Source: an uncultured Nitrospiraceae bacterium (lineage in GTDB: Bacteria > Hydrogenedentota > Hydrogenedentia > Hydrogenedentales > SLHB01). From it: a stretch of 61,435 bases of DNA. The translations under genes were made by a program, and so were the position numbers. Position 1 is the first letter of the stretch. Each line of letters starts with the position of its first letter. Under the pieces are notes generated by a model. The model had not been told where the DNA came from. It searched no databases and saw only the letters and a program-made list of their open reading frames with translations. This document shows positions 24,868 to 34,291 of this stretch, in pieces. Location: positions 1 to 61,435 of the forward strand of contig CAZWDH010000003.1 of assembly GCA_964632865.1 (NCBI GenBank). The letters run 5' to 3'.

Positions 24868-26490
24868 ATGCTCCGTCTTGATTCCAATCGGTGCGGAAAT
24901 TCGTTCGAGGCACTGTTATTCCGAAAAAATGCGGCGCTATACGTGTCAAAGCGGTCTTTTCACCTTCACGTATGGACGGCCTCAGTTCGGCAGATATTGC
25001 CGGCGTTTATCATGGTCGGCATGAACGCGCTCGCACACGGCATTGATTACTACGTGAGCCCCTCGGGCGACGACCTGGCCTCCGGCGAACGGACAAGCCC
25101 TTGGCGCTCGGTGGAACGAGCCAACGCCGCTTCGCTTGAACCTGGAGATCGCCTGCTTTTCGAAGGCGGGCACACGTATCCGGGCACACTTACATTCGAC
25201 GCGAACGATAGCGGCGTCGAATCACGCCCATTCGTCGTAAGTTCCTATGGCGAAGGCCGTGCCACCATCGACGGCGGGACGGGGTCCGCTATCGTTAGCG
25301 ACGGCTGCGATTACCTGAGAATCGAGAACATCAACTTCACCGGCGCAGGGCGTAAGAATGACAATTCCGGTAGTGGTGTCCATGTACGCAACGCCAAAGG
25401 TACGACCATCACTCAGGTGGACGTGCAGGGATTCCGACACTGCGGCGTGTTGGTCGAAGGCGTTCAGGATTGTTTGATCGACTCCGTCCACGCGCACAAC
25501 AACGGCAGTTCGGGAATTCAGGTAGGCGACGAGGAACTCTGGTCCGAGAACGTTCGGATCGTCCGTTGTATCGCGGAAAACAATCCCGGCAACCCCGCAA
25601 ATCTAACGAACCACAGCGGCAATGGAATCGTAGCCGGGTTCGTACGTGGATGCACCATCGAATACTGCGAAGCCATGAACAATGGATGGGACATGCCGCG
25701 CGCAGGAAACGGACCCGTGGGCATTTGGGCCTGGAACGCCGACCGTGTCATCATCCAACACTGCATTTCCCACGACAACAAGAGCCCCAGCGACGATGGC
25801 GGCGGTTTCGACTTTGATGGCGGCGTCACGAATTCGATCATGCAGTACAACCTGTCCTATGGGAACGATGGGCCCGGCTACCTGCTCTGTATGTTTCCCT
25901 ACGCATTGCCGTGGAAAAACAACATCATCCGTTATAATATCAGCCAGAACGATGGAAAGCCGGGTCAACATGCGGGAATCCGCATCTACTGGCTCAAGGG
26001 AATGTCGGACGCGGACATCTACAACAACACGGTTTACAACGAGGACGGATCGGCTGTCGGATTTTACGGCAAGCGCATGCCGGGCATGCGATTCCGAAAC
26101 AACATCTTCGTCAGCGGCGGCCCGTCCATCGAAGGAGACATTCACGAGGCCCGTTTTGAAGGCAACCTTTATTGGCGATTGAAGGGCGCTCCATTCGCGC
26201 AGGACGACCATGCGAGCCTAGACGCGTGGAGCGCTGCAACCGGGCAGGAATGCGTTGACGACAAGATTGTCGGCATCTGGGCGGACCCGCAGCTCGTCCG
26301 GCCCGGTATGGCTTCGCTGGCCGATGTCGAAGCGCTGCCATCACTGCCGGAGTACGTGCTGAAAAGCGATTCACCGTGTATCGGCGCGGGCCTCGTCATG
26401 GATGAGAACGGAGGCCGCGACTTCTGGGGCACGCCACTTCCCGGCGACCGGAAACCCAGCATCGGCGCGTACGAGATCCCCGAGGAGTAA
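24868..26490 (+). CDS. Right-handed parallel beta-helix repeat protein (pectate-lyase-fold polysaccharide lyase/hydrolase)
   Basis: IDYYVSPSGDD...SPWRS start typical of beta-helix enzymes, plus repeated N-x-G/NN rungs (HNNGSSGIQV, ENNPGNP, SHDNKSPSDDGGGFDFD, YGNDGPGY). The true start within 24868-25020 is uncertain. Confidence 0.7.
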   Translation: MLRLDSNRCGNSFEALLFRKNAALYVSKRSFHLHVWTASVRQILPAFIMVGMNALAHGIDYYVSPSGDDLASGERTSPWRSVERANAASLEPGDRLLFEGGHTYPGTLTFDANDSGVESRPFVVSSYGEGRATIDGGTGSAIVSDGCDYLRIENINFTGAGRKNDNSGSGVHVRNAKGTTITQVDVQGFRHCGVLVEGVQDCLIDSVHAHNNGSSGIQVGDEELWSENVRIVRCIAENNPGNPANLTNHSGNGIVAGFVRGCTIEYCEAMNNGWDMPRAGNGPVGIWAWNADRVIIQHCISHDNKSPSDDGGGFDFDGGVTNSIMQYNLSYGNDGPGYLLCMFPYALPWKNNIIRYNISQNDGKPGQHAGIRIYWLKGMSDADIYNNTVYNEDGSAVGFYGKRMPGMRFRNNIFVSGGPSIEGDIHEARFEGNLYWRLKGAPFAQDDHASLDAWSAATGQECVDDKIVGIWADPQLVRPGMASLADVEALPSLPEYVLKSDSPCIGAGLVMDENGGRDFWGTPLPGDRKPSIGAYEIPEE

Positions 26491-26506
26491 TCGGAAGCGA
26501 GCGGAT

Positions 26507-27541
26507 CTAGGAGATATTCGGCCAGGTCTTCGTCCAGCCGATGTGATCGAGCGCCCAGCGGAACTCCTTCATCACTACCTCGCCATAGGCCGGCGGAATG
26601 TCGTCATCCGGCTGGCACATGTTCGGTGTGTCGATGATCCCGCGCAGATGCAACATCATCTTCAGGTTTCGTTGCCAGTTCCCCGAATTGTAGAACATGA
26701 AGTAAGGCAGAATCTTCGTGAAGTAAATCGTCGCCGCCTCATCCGCGTCGCCCTTCAAGTACGCCGCAACCGCGGCGGCATGAAACTCCAACGCTTCCGT
26801 GCCGGTCATGAATGCCGTCACGCCGAGCCGCAACAGGTGAATCATGTGTTGCCCCCCCGCGCCGCCAATGACCTGCATCGTCCCCTCGAAGTGCTGCATG
26901 AGGTCCGCCGTCTTCGTGAGAAAATCCGCGCTCTCCGCTTTGATCGAGTGAACCTGTCCCGTCTCCTTCGCGATACGCATGACCAACTCCGGCGTGAGCA
27001 CGTCCGCGGTCGCCGGGGTGTCCTGGATGATGATAGGCAGACTGACCGCCGAACCGATTTCGCGGAACATCGTGAGCGTGGTTTCCTGATCCAACTGTTC
27101 TTCAAACGGCAAAGACACCATGATGAGGTCCGCGCCGCGTGTTTCCGCCTCACGCGCGTAGCGCACGGTATCCGCCGCCGTGCGCCCCGTCACCCCGGCA
27201 AAGAATGGGATGCGCCCCGCCACCTGCTCCACGACCACGTCCAGCAACTGCGAACGATCGGCATCCGAGATCTTCTGAAATTCCGACGCATACGCAAAGT
27301 GACCGATCGCCACTGCCCCGCATTGAATGCAGTACTCCACGTGCCGCCGTTGACTGGCCACGTCGACCTTGTACTCCGCATCCACCGGGGTTGCCATGAT
27401 CGGCATCATCCCGTGAAAGGGCGGTATCTTCGCCGTACCTTCAGGCGCTACCGCCCCTGCGCCCAATGTCGACAACGTCCCGGCTATTGCTGCCCCTGTA
27501 CTCAAGACAAACGTCCTCCGTCCAATGTTGAATGATTCCAT
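26507..27541 (-). CDS. Divergent DHDPS/N-acetylneuraminate-lyase family (class I aldolase) protein with a twin-arginine signal peptide
   Basis: 344 aa. N-terminus MESFNIGRRTFVLSTGAAIAGTLSTLGAGA. DapA-like core (GRIPFFAGVTG, GADLIMVSLPF, LPIIIQDTP, VHSIKAES with a candidate Schiff-base Lys). Strong GGGGAGGGGAG RBS. Confidence 0.7.
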   Translation of the reverse strand: MESFNIGRRTFVLSTGAAIAGTLSTLGAGAVAPEGTAKIPPFHGMMPIMATPVDAEYKVDVASQRRHVEYCIQCGAVAIGHFAYASEFQKISDADRSQLLDVVVEQVAGRIPFFAGVTGRTAADTVRYAREAETRGADLIMVSLPFEEQLDQETTLTMFREIGSAVSLPIIIQDTPATADVLTPELVMRIAKETGQVHSIKAESADFLTKTADLMQHFEGTMQVIGGAGGQHMIHLLRLGVTAFMTGTEALEFHAAAVAAYLKGDADEAATIYFTKILPYFMFYNSGNWQRNLKMMLHLRGIIDTPNMCQPDDDIPPAYGEVVMKEFRWALDHIGWTKTWPNIS

Positions 27542-27716
27542 CGCTTGCTCCCCTCCCCGCGCAGGTTATACCTGTTCCGCCCAAGAATTGCCAAGTGCCG
27601 TCGTAAGGCTTGCGCAATCAGGTTGTCGGACCAACCCGCCTTATGCTAAAAACTTGACGGCCCTGTACGGTCGGCCTGTTCGCCAAGATTCCGGGAATCA
27701 TGAAGGGAAATACACC

Positions 27717-29252
27717 TTGAAACTGAATACCCACTTATCGTGCCTCGTTCTGTCGATCCTTTTCATCTTCCTCACGGGAACGCCGCTTTGGGCCGAAGGC
27801 GCCAACAATCTGCGCGTCAGCGACAACGGACGCTTTCTGATTCACCCGGACGGCACGGGGTTCTTCGCCGTGGCCGATACCGCTTGGGCGATCGCGTGGA
27901 AATTGACGCGCGAAGACGTTGAGTATTACCTGCAACACCGGAAGGAGCAGGGCTTCAATACGATTGCGCTGGTCGCTTTCCCCTCTTATGAGGGACTTCG
28001 TATCGAGGCCAATGCGTACGGAGACTATCCATTTGAGGTTGTGGAAGGTGTCTGGAACCCGCAACGTCCTATTACCACACCGGGGGAGAATTTCGAAGAT
28101 CCCGAGGAATACGACTACTGGGACCACCTGCAGTATATCATCGACGTGGCAGACGCCAGGGGATTGGCGGTGGTCTTGCTCCCTGCGTGGGGCGGATGCG
28201 TGGCCGGAAGTTACGTGAAGGGCGAACCCACCGAGGAAATCGTACTGAATTCGGGCAACGCCTACGAATACGGCCGCTGGATCGGCCGGCGATTTCACGA
28301 TAAGAAGAACGTGGTCTGGATGATCGGCGGGGACCGTAGCGCCGTGTATGGCGACCGTGACTACAGGCCCGTATTTCGGGCCATCGCGGAAGGTGTCGCC
28401 GATGGCGTGAATAATGTCGACAAGCAAGATTCGCAGGCCGATTACAGCACGACGATCATGAGTTACCACCCCAGGAAGTGGCATCCGAACTCATCGGAAT
28501 GGTTCCACAACGACCCCTGGCTGGACTTCAACTCGATCCAGGACCAACCCACCGACCAAATCGTCGCGGTGGAACACGATTTCCGCTTGTCTCCAGCGAA
28601 ACCCACATGGCTTTTCGAAGGCGGATATGAAGCCCGTACCCGGGGGGACAGTGTCTATAAGGACTGGCAGATCCGTTTCCAGTCCTATCAGACCGTGTTC
28701 GCAGGCGGCTTCGGCGTCACCTACGGAAGCATGAACGTATTCCATTTTGACGGCGGCGTGTTAGACCTCGACGAACCCGTCACGGCCGACAATGCACGAG
28801 GGTGGAAAGCCGGCCTCGATGAACCTGGCGCCGTCGATATGCGGCATCTCGTTGACCTTATGGCGACCCTTACCAACGACCAGTTTCTGGACCGGATTCC
28901 GGACCAAACGCTGATCGACGGCGATACCGGAGCCATGGACGTCGGTGAAGGCGTTCGCTCGAGCTGTCTACAAGCCACACGCGGCGCCAACGGCGACTAC
29001 GCCATGGTGTACAGCGCCAACGGCCGGAACATCCGCGTCAAGATGGATCGGCTTTCGCCGCAGCCCAAGAACGCCTATTGGTTCAATCCCCGCAACGGAC
29101 AATGGCGGGTTGGCGACAACGAGTCCGCCGATGCGACGGCTTTCACGCAGAGCATCCCCAGCGGACCCTCCGCTCCCATCCAGGAGTTTGACCCGCCAGA
29201 CAGCGTCGGCGACGGCAACGATTGGGTATTGCTTCTCAGGTCCGCCGAGTAA
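27717..29252 (+). CDS. GH140-like glycoside hydrolase (DUF4038 TIM barrel plus C-terminal collagen-binding-like domain), secreted
   Basis: Probable TTG start at 27717 (GAAGGGA RBS), giving (M)KLNTHLSCLVLSILFIFLTGTPLWAEG. LRVSDNGRFLIHPDGTGFFAVADTAWAI is the DUF4038 signature. C-terminal YAMVYSANGRNIRVKMDRL...YWFNPRNGQW. Confidence 0.75.
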   Translation: MKLNTHLSCLVLSILFIFLTGTPLWAEGANNLRVSDNGRFLIHPDGTGFFAVADTAWAIAWKLTREDVEYYLQHRKEQGFNTIALVAFPSYEGLRIEANAYGDYPFEVVEGVWNPQRPITTPGENFEDPEEYDYWDHLQYIIDVADARGLAVVLLPAWGGCVAGSYVKGEPTEEIVLNSGNAYEYGRWIGRRFHDKKNVVWMIGGDRSAVYGDRDYRPVFRAIAEGVADGVNNVDKQDSQADYSTTIMSYHPRKWHPNSSEWFHNDPWLDFNSIQDQPTDQIVAVEHDFRLSPAKPTWLFEGGYEARTRGDSVYKDWQIRFQSYQTVFAGGFGVTYGSMNVFHFDGGVLDLDEPVTADNARGWKAGLDEPGAVDMRHLVDLMATLTNDQFLDRIPDQTLIDGDTGAMDVGEGVRSSCLQATRGANGDYAMVYSANGRNIRVKMDRLSPQPKNAYWFNPRNGQWRVGDNESADATAFTQSIPSGPSAPIQEFDPPDSVGDGNDWVLLLRSAE

Positions 29253-29281
29253 TGAGTAACGATCGCAACGCGATCGGACAC

Positions 29282-29319
29282 AAAAAAGGCCAGTGATCTG
29301 CGTACACAAACCACTGACC
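29282..29319 (-). terminator. Rho-independent terminator downstream of tRNA-Ala
   Basis: On the minus strand, GGTCAGTG...CACTGGCC (8-bp stem with one G-U pair) is followed by TTTTTT (plus-strand A-run at 29282-29287). Confidence 0.7.
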
Positions 29320-29333
29320 AGCGAAATTTTAAA

Positions 29334-29409
29334 TGGTGGAGATGAGGGGAATCGAACCCCTGACCTCTTGTCTGCCAGACAAGCGCTCTCCCAACTGAGC
29401 TACATCCCC
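29334..29409 (-). tRNA. tRNA-Ala (anticodon GGC), CCA encoded
   Basis: The reverse complement folds as a cloverleaf: GGGGATG acceptor with G3:U70, D-arm TAGCTCAGTTGGGAGAGC, anticodon loop CTGGCAG, T-arm GGGGTTCGATTCCCC, 3' ACCA. 76 nt. Confidence 0.95.
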
Positions 29410-29430
29410 AATGGATTCCAGAGAAGAAGA

Positions 29431-29460
29431 AGTATAGCGAATGACGGGGACGTGTTGCAA
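29431..29460 (-). promoter_or_regulatory. Predicted sigma70-type promoter for tRNA-Ala (TTGCAA-N18-TATACT)
   Basis: On the minus strand, TTGCAA at 29455-29460 and TATACT at 29431-29436, about 20 nt upstream of tRNA position 1. Confidence 0.55.
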
Positions 29461-29562
29461 CTTTCGATCGGCATCGTTGATCGAGGGGATCGGGCTGAGC
29501 GCGGACTGGGTTCAAAATGGTGCTTCTATCGCCGTGTGGCGATCGGGTACACTCTTCCTCTT

Positions 29563-30690
29563 ATGAACACAGCAATTCTGAAGGAAAAAGAAGACCGCCG
29601 CCTCTTGCGGGGGCATTTGTGGGCGTACCGGAATGAGTTCGCGAAATTACCCCGCGTCGAAGACGGGGCGGTCGTCGATGTAGTGTCCGATCGCGGGCGC
29701 TTTGTCGGCCGGGGGTTTTATCAGGCCGCTGGCGGGATTGCCGTCCGGATACTAACCCGCCGGGAAGGCGAACCTATCGACGGGGATCTGATCGCGCGGC
29801 GACTCACCAAAGCGAAGGATTATCGCGAACGCCTATACCCCGGAGAATCGGTCTATCGATGGGTTCACGGCGAAAGCGACCGTCTTCCGGGTCTGGTCAT
29901 TGACCGGTATGGCCCGGTCTCCGTGGTCCAATCGTCCTGCGCGTTCTATGGCGCACAGGGCGACGCCTTGGCAGCGGCGCTCTTGTCTCACGAAGGGCTC
30001 GAAGGCGTGCAACTCAACCTGCCCGGCGGTCAGCGCAATGTTGGCGAGGTCCCTGCGTCGGTTGAAGTAGAATTGAGCGGCCTTCGATTCAACGTCGATT
30101 TGTCGCACGGCCAGAAGACCGGCTTGTTCCTGGATCAACGGGAAAACGCGCACGCAGTCCGGCCGCTCACAACGAGCGCGCGGGTATTCGACGGTCATTG
30201 TTATGCGGGGCAATGGTCTTGCCATGTGGCCGCGGCGGGTGCGGATTCGGTGCTGGGCGTGGATTCGTCGGAGTTCGCCATTGGCCAGGCTCGCGCGAAC
30301 GCAGAGCGGAACGGCCTTTCCAATCGTTGTGGATTTGAATGCGGGGATGTGCAGACCGTGCTGCAACGAGGCGACCGGTATGATGTGGTCTTGTTGGACC
30401 CTCCGGCGCTGGCCAAGTCGAGCGGCCAGATTAAGAAAGCGGCCGGGCTGTATCAGGCGCTGAATAGAGACGCGATGCTGGCCGTAGAACCCGGCGGCTA
30501 TCTGATCACCAGTTCGTGTTCCCATTTCGTGGACGGCCCCGCGTTTCTGGAAATCCTCAAGCGGGCCGCACGCGCGGCACAGCGCGACGCATGGCTGGTG
30601 GAGGAACGGGGCGCAGCGCGGGATCATCCGATCTTAATGGCCATGCCGGAAACGGCCTACCTCAACTGCGCGGTCTTGAGAGTATTCTAA
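29563..30690 (+). CDS. rlmI: SAM-dependent 23S rRNA (cytosine-C5) methyltransferase, RlmI-like (PUA plus class I MTase)
   Basis: ATG at 29563. MNTAILKEKEDRRLLRGHLWAY..., GLVIDRYG, GLFLDQREN and VLLDPPA motifs. The ORF-track N-extension overlaps the tRNA and was discarded. Confidence 0.85.
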   Translation: MNTAILKEKEDRRLLRGHLWAYRNEFAKLPRVEDGAVVDVVSDRGRFVGRGFYQAAGGIAVRILTRREGEPIDGDLIARRLTKAKDYRERLYPGESVYRWVHGESDRLPGLVIDRYGPVSVVQSSCAFYGAQGDALAAALLSHEGLEGVQLNLPGGQRNVGEVPASVEVELSGLRFNVDLSHGQKTGLFLDQRENAHAVRPLTTSARVFDGHCYAGQWSCHVAAAGADSVLGVDSSEFAIGQARANAERNGLSNRCGFECGDVQTVLQRGDRYDVVLLDPPALAKSSGQIKKAAGLYQALNRDAMLAVEPGGYLITSSCSHFVDGPAFLEILKRAARAAQRDAWLVEERGAARDHPILMAMPETAYLNCAVLRVF

Positions 30691-30704
30691 GCCAAACTCG
30701 ATTC

Positions 30705-31766
30705 TTAGCTGGCGGCGGACTGTCCGGCGTCTTGTCGCTGTTCCGCAATCGCCGCAATGCGTTGTTGCGTAAGTTCGCGAACGGCGCCGGTGATCTTCTG
30801 AACCTCGGACGCCGAGCCAATATGGCTGCTGGCGCCTGCTTCGACGGCGCGCTTGCCGATGTCGCCGGTTCCACCGTACACGACTATTGGCAGGTCCCGG
30901 AATTGGCGGGTCGATTTAATAATGCGGACCACATCGGCGCCGCTGATTATCTGCTGATCGGCAGAGGCAATCACAATAGACGGCGTCGCGAGACGGAGCC
31001 AGAAAAATCCGTCAACCGGCCCCGGCGCAAAGGTTACTTCATATCCTGCCGACTTGAGTCCAATGCGAAGATCGTTCACCTTGCTGGCGTCTGGTTCGAT
31101 AATAAGCACGTGATTCGGGCCCGGCCGCTCCGCACGCAGCCGGGCAAGCGTCGTCGCGACGAAAAACTCGATGTCGTACAGTGTCGCCTCATCGGGATCG
31201 TAGTACTCGCAACCGATCCACGCGCCGTCGGAACCTTCCGCTGACGCGCAGACGATCGCCTGCAATTCCGCGATAGTTGAACCGTCGGGCAGCGGAAAGG
31301 ACAGTGTGATCCGGTCCTCTTTGGGGAGGACATGGGGCACTGCGACTCGGCATCCGCCCGCACTCATGTCCACGAGTTCACCGTCGATGGTTCTGCCATT
31401 GTCGAGAACGATGGAGCAGGGCGCGTGCAAGTGAACGCGTTCGTGTTTGCGTACCCGAACGCAGGAGACCGAGTCCGGCCAACGAACCCGAACAAACGAG
31501 AAATGGGAACCCGTGCCCAGGTCCTCCACGATCGAGTTACAACCGCATGCATCGCCATCCGCCAGAAATCGCAGTACACAAGAGTCGCCGACGCGGAGAC
31601 TCGTGGTCTTTGATGCGTTCCGCGGAACGTCCAGCAGCAGGTATGCGCCTCGCTGCCAACCCCGCATAAACGTCCGAACCCGTCCTTCTTCCCCTTCAAT
31701 TCGGAGGGAGTGCAGGACAACCGCGCGTCCTACGTGGAAAAAGCTCTCGACCTCATGCTCCGCCAT
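30705..31766 (-). CDS. PilZN-PilZ (YcgR-like c-di-GMP receptor) fused to a C-terminal degenerate receiver domain
   Basis: 353 aa. PilZ motifs RKHER (RxxxR) and DMSAGG (DxSxxG). The C-terminal HVLIIEPD...SIVIASAD...PIVVYGG...GASSHIGSA resembles CheY but lacks the conserved Thr and Lys positions. Confidence 0.75.
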   Translation of the reverse strand: MAEHEVESFFHVGRAVVLHSLRIEGEEGRVRTFMRGWQRGAYLLLDVPRNASKTTSLRVGDSCVLRFLADGDACGCNSIVEDLGTGSHFSFVRVRWPDSVSCVRVRKHERVHLHAPCSIVLDNGRTIDGELVDMSAGGCRVAVPHVLPKEDRITLSFPLPDGSTIAELQAIVCASAEGSDGAWIGCEYYDPDEATLYDIEFFVATTLARLRAERPGPNHVLIIEPDASKVNDLRIGLKSAGYEVTFAPGPVDGFFWLRLATPSIVIASADQQIISGADVVRIIKSTRQFRDLPIVVYGGTGDIGKRAVEAGASSHIGSASEVQKITGAVRELTQQRIAAIAEQRQDAGQSAAS

Positions 31767-31889
31767 CGTTGTCCCCTAAAGCGACTGCTCGCACGTCAGC
31801 ATTATAGCAGAGTCCTCGCTTCCGGTGAATTTGCATACACAGCCGCCAGAGGGCTTGCCTGGCACTCCCGGAGCCTCTACAATCCTCGC

Positions 31890-33287
31890 GTGCTTAGCCT
31901 CACCAAAATAAAATGGATGGCCGTCGCCATAGTCTCCCTTCTGGGCGCAGCCGCGTTCACGACATGGGACGGCGCGCTTCAGGCCACCCGACCGGATAGC
32001 GATTCTACCCGCCGGCTCGAAGTCGCCGTGTTTGAAGGTGGGTATGGCATCAACTGGCACCAGAAGATCGCCGCACAGTATACGCGGGCGCACGAAGACG
32101 AGGGGATCGTCGTAGATCTTTGGGGGGAACCGCGCTTGGCGGAGAAGGTCAAACCGCGTATTTTGCGGGGCGACCCGCCGGGGATAGTATTAGAAAGCCG
32201 ATTGCCGTTCTGGCTGATGATCAGCACGGGAAAACTCTTGCCGTTTGACGATGAGCTGGACAAGCCGGCGTACGGCAGCGACCAGCCCTGGCGGGACCTG
32301 TTCATTCCGGGGACCTTGGACGCGTACACCAGCGACGGAAGCGTGTACGCCATTCCCACGAGTTTCGGCGCGTGGGGATGCTGGTACGACGCGCGTCAGT
32401 TTCGGGAACACGGCTGGAGCATCCCAAAGACCTGGTCCGAGTTCGAGGCCCTCTGCGAACAAATCCAGTCCGAAGGCATCGCGCCGCTCGCGTTCCAAGG
32501 GAAGTACCCGTACTACTCCTGGTTCACCTACGTGTCGTTGTTGCAGCGGTGCGGCGGCCTCGCCCTCATCAACCGCGTCAACGGCCTCGAACCGGGCGCG
32601 TTCAGCGAACCGGATGCGCTCCGGGCCGCGCAGATTCTCCAGGAAATGGCGGCCAAGTATTTCCAGAAGGGCGCCATGGCCATGACGCACACGGAGAGTC
32701 AACTCCAGTTCGTGAACAACAAGGCAGCGATGATCTTCTGCGGCGTCTGGCTGGAGAACGAGCAGAAGGACACGATTCCGCCGGGGTTCGAAATGCGCTG
32801 CTTCAACGTTCCCGCCGTGGAAGGCGGCAAAGGCAACCCGCAGATGTTTAATGGCCTGGGCATGGAGTTCATTTTTATGCCGGCGGAAGGGCAGCATTCG
32901 GATATCGCCGCGGACTTCACGCGCTACCTGGTCTCGCCCCTGAACGCTCCGGATATGGGCGAGAGTATCGGCGTGATCTCACCGATTCGCGGGGGCACCC
33001 CGCGTTCGGCCGTGAGCCCGGCGCTGCAATCGGTGCTGGATATGATGGACGAGGCCAGTATCAACGGCGCGCCGGGAATCTTCAGTTGCCGGTTGGATAC
33101 GCTCCTGCTCGAATGGCATCAGCAGGTCATGGTGCCGGCCTTGGGCGCACTGCTGGAGGGGTCCATCACGCCCGAGGAGTTCGGGAAGCGCATGGACGAC
33201 GGTATCACGCGGGTCCACGCAAACCCCGACATTATCATTCCTAACTTCACTCCCTACGACCCGGCCGCATTCGGGGAAGCTACATGA
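31890..33287 (+). CDS. ABC sugar transporter substrate-binding protein (CUT1)
   Basis: SBP_bac_1-like. The start is either GTG at 31890 ((M)LSLTKIKWMAVAIVSLLGAAAF) or ATG at 31917. ATGA overlap with the next permease. Confidence 0.8.
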   Translation: MLSLTKIKWMAVAIVSLLGAAAFTTWDGALQATRPDSDSTRRLEVAVFEGGYGINWHQKIAAQYTRAHEDEGIVVDLWGEPRLAEKVKPRILRGDPPGIVLESRLPFWLMISTGKLLPFDDELDKPAYGSDQPWRDLFIPGTLDAYTSDGSVYAIPTSFGAWGCWYDARQFREHGWSIPKTWSEFEALCEQIQSEGIAPLAFQGKYPYYSWFTYVSLLQRCGGLALINRVNGLEPGAFSEPDALRAAQILQEMAAKYFQKGAMAMTHTESQLQFVNNKAAMIFCGVWLENEQKDTIPPGFEMRCFNVPAVEGGKGNPQMFNGLGMEFIFMPAEGQHSDIAADFTRYLVSPLNAPDMGESIGVISPIRGGTPRSAVSPALQSVLDMMDEASINGAPGIFSCRLDTLLLEWHQQVMVPALGALLEGSITPEEFGKRMDDGITRVHANPDIIIPNFTPYDPAAFGEAT

Positions 33288-34291
33288 AACGTTCCCGCGA
33301 GCAGACCATTTTCATCGTCGTATTTCTCGCGCCGGCATTTCTATTGTTCACGGGCTTCGTCGCAATCCCCGGCATCCGTGCGCTTTTCTACAGCCTCCAG
33401 AAGTGGGACGGCCTTTCCACGCCCGAATGGGTTGGGCTCGCGAACTTTCGCGAACTCTTCACGGACGACGGCGTGTTTCTTCTGGCGCTCGGCCACAATG
33501 CGTTTCTCACACTCGTCGCGGGGTCGATGGTCTTGGCACTGTCGCTGTTCTTCGCCGCAGTGCTTCACAGACGCGTGCGCGGCGCGACGGTCTTCCGGGT
33601 GGCGTTCTTCTTTCCCAACGTCATCGCTTCGGTGGCCATCGCGCTGCTATGGGTACTGCTCTACAGCACGACCGACTTTGGCGTAGTGAATGGATTCTTG
33701 GGCTGGGCCGACCAAGTGTGGGATAAGAACGTTCCCGACGTACCGTTCTTCCTCCACATGATCCAACACTATCAAAAAGACGTCACGGCGCTGAACTTAA
33801 CCCTTCCAATACTGGACAAGATTTGGCAGTTTCCCTACGTGGACCTCCCCTTCCCCTTCACGGGCAAGCAATACCTCATTTATTCCATTGTGCCCATGCT
33901 CGTCTGGACCATGACCGGCTTCTACATGGTTCTCTTCCTCGCAGCGATGGAAGGCATCCCGGAAACCTTCTACGAAGTCGCGGAACTGGAAGGCGCGTCG
34001 CCGCTGAGCCAATTCTGGCACGTGACGCTGCCGCTCATCCGCGAAGTGCTCGTGGTTGGCATCGTGTTCCTCGCCATCACCAGCCTGAAACTCTTCGAGC
34101 CGGTCTGGATCATGGACAACGAATGGCCGTCGCGAGACACGCACGTCATGGCGACGCTACTCTACCAGAAGGTTTTCAGCGAGTATAACGTGGGCTACGG
34201 GTCCGCGGTCGCGGTGCTGCTTTTCGTCCTCGTGCTTTTCGCCACGCTCGTCACATTGCGGCTCTCCCGCCGGGAGGCGCTGGAATACTGA
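33284..34291 (+). CDS. ABC sugar transporter permease (MalF-like)
   Basis: 335 aa, 6 TM, EAA loop EVAELEGASPLSQFWHVTLPLIREV. Confidence 0.85.
   Translation: MKRSREQTIFIVVFLAPAFLLFTGFVAIPGIRALFYSLQKWDGLSTPEWVGLANFRELFTDDGVFLLALGHNAFLTLVAGSMVLALSLFFAAVLHRRVRGATVFRVAFFFPNVIASVAIALLWVLLYSTTDFGVVNGFLGWADQVWDKNVPDVPFFLHMIQHYQKDVTALNLTLPILDKIWQFPYVDLPFPFTGKQYLIYSIVPMLVWTMTGFYMVLFLAAMEGIPETFYEVAELEGASPLSQFWHVTLPLIREVLVVGIVFLAITSLKLFEPVWIMDNEWPSRDTHVMATLLYQKVFSEYNVGYGSAVAVLLFVLVLFATLVTLRLSRREALEY

Noticed and set aside
26402-27535. 377-aa ORF on the plus strand
   Set aside because: It is antisense to the DHDPS-family gene. Its extremely Arg/His-rich translation is not protein-like.
29293-29562. N-terminal 90 codons of the 465-aa ORF track entry for the RlmI-like gene
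   Set aside because: The extension runs straight through the tRNA-Ala gene and its promoter. The RlmI homology only begins at the ATG at 29563.
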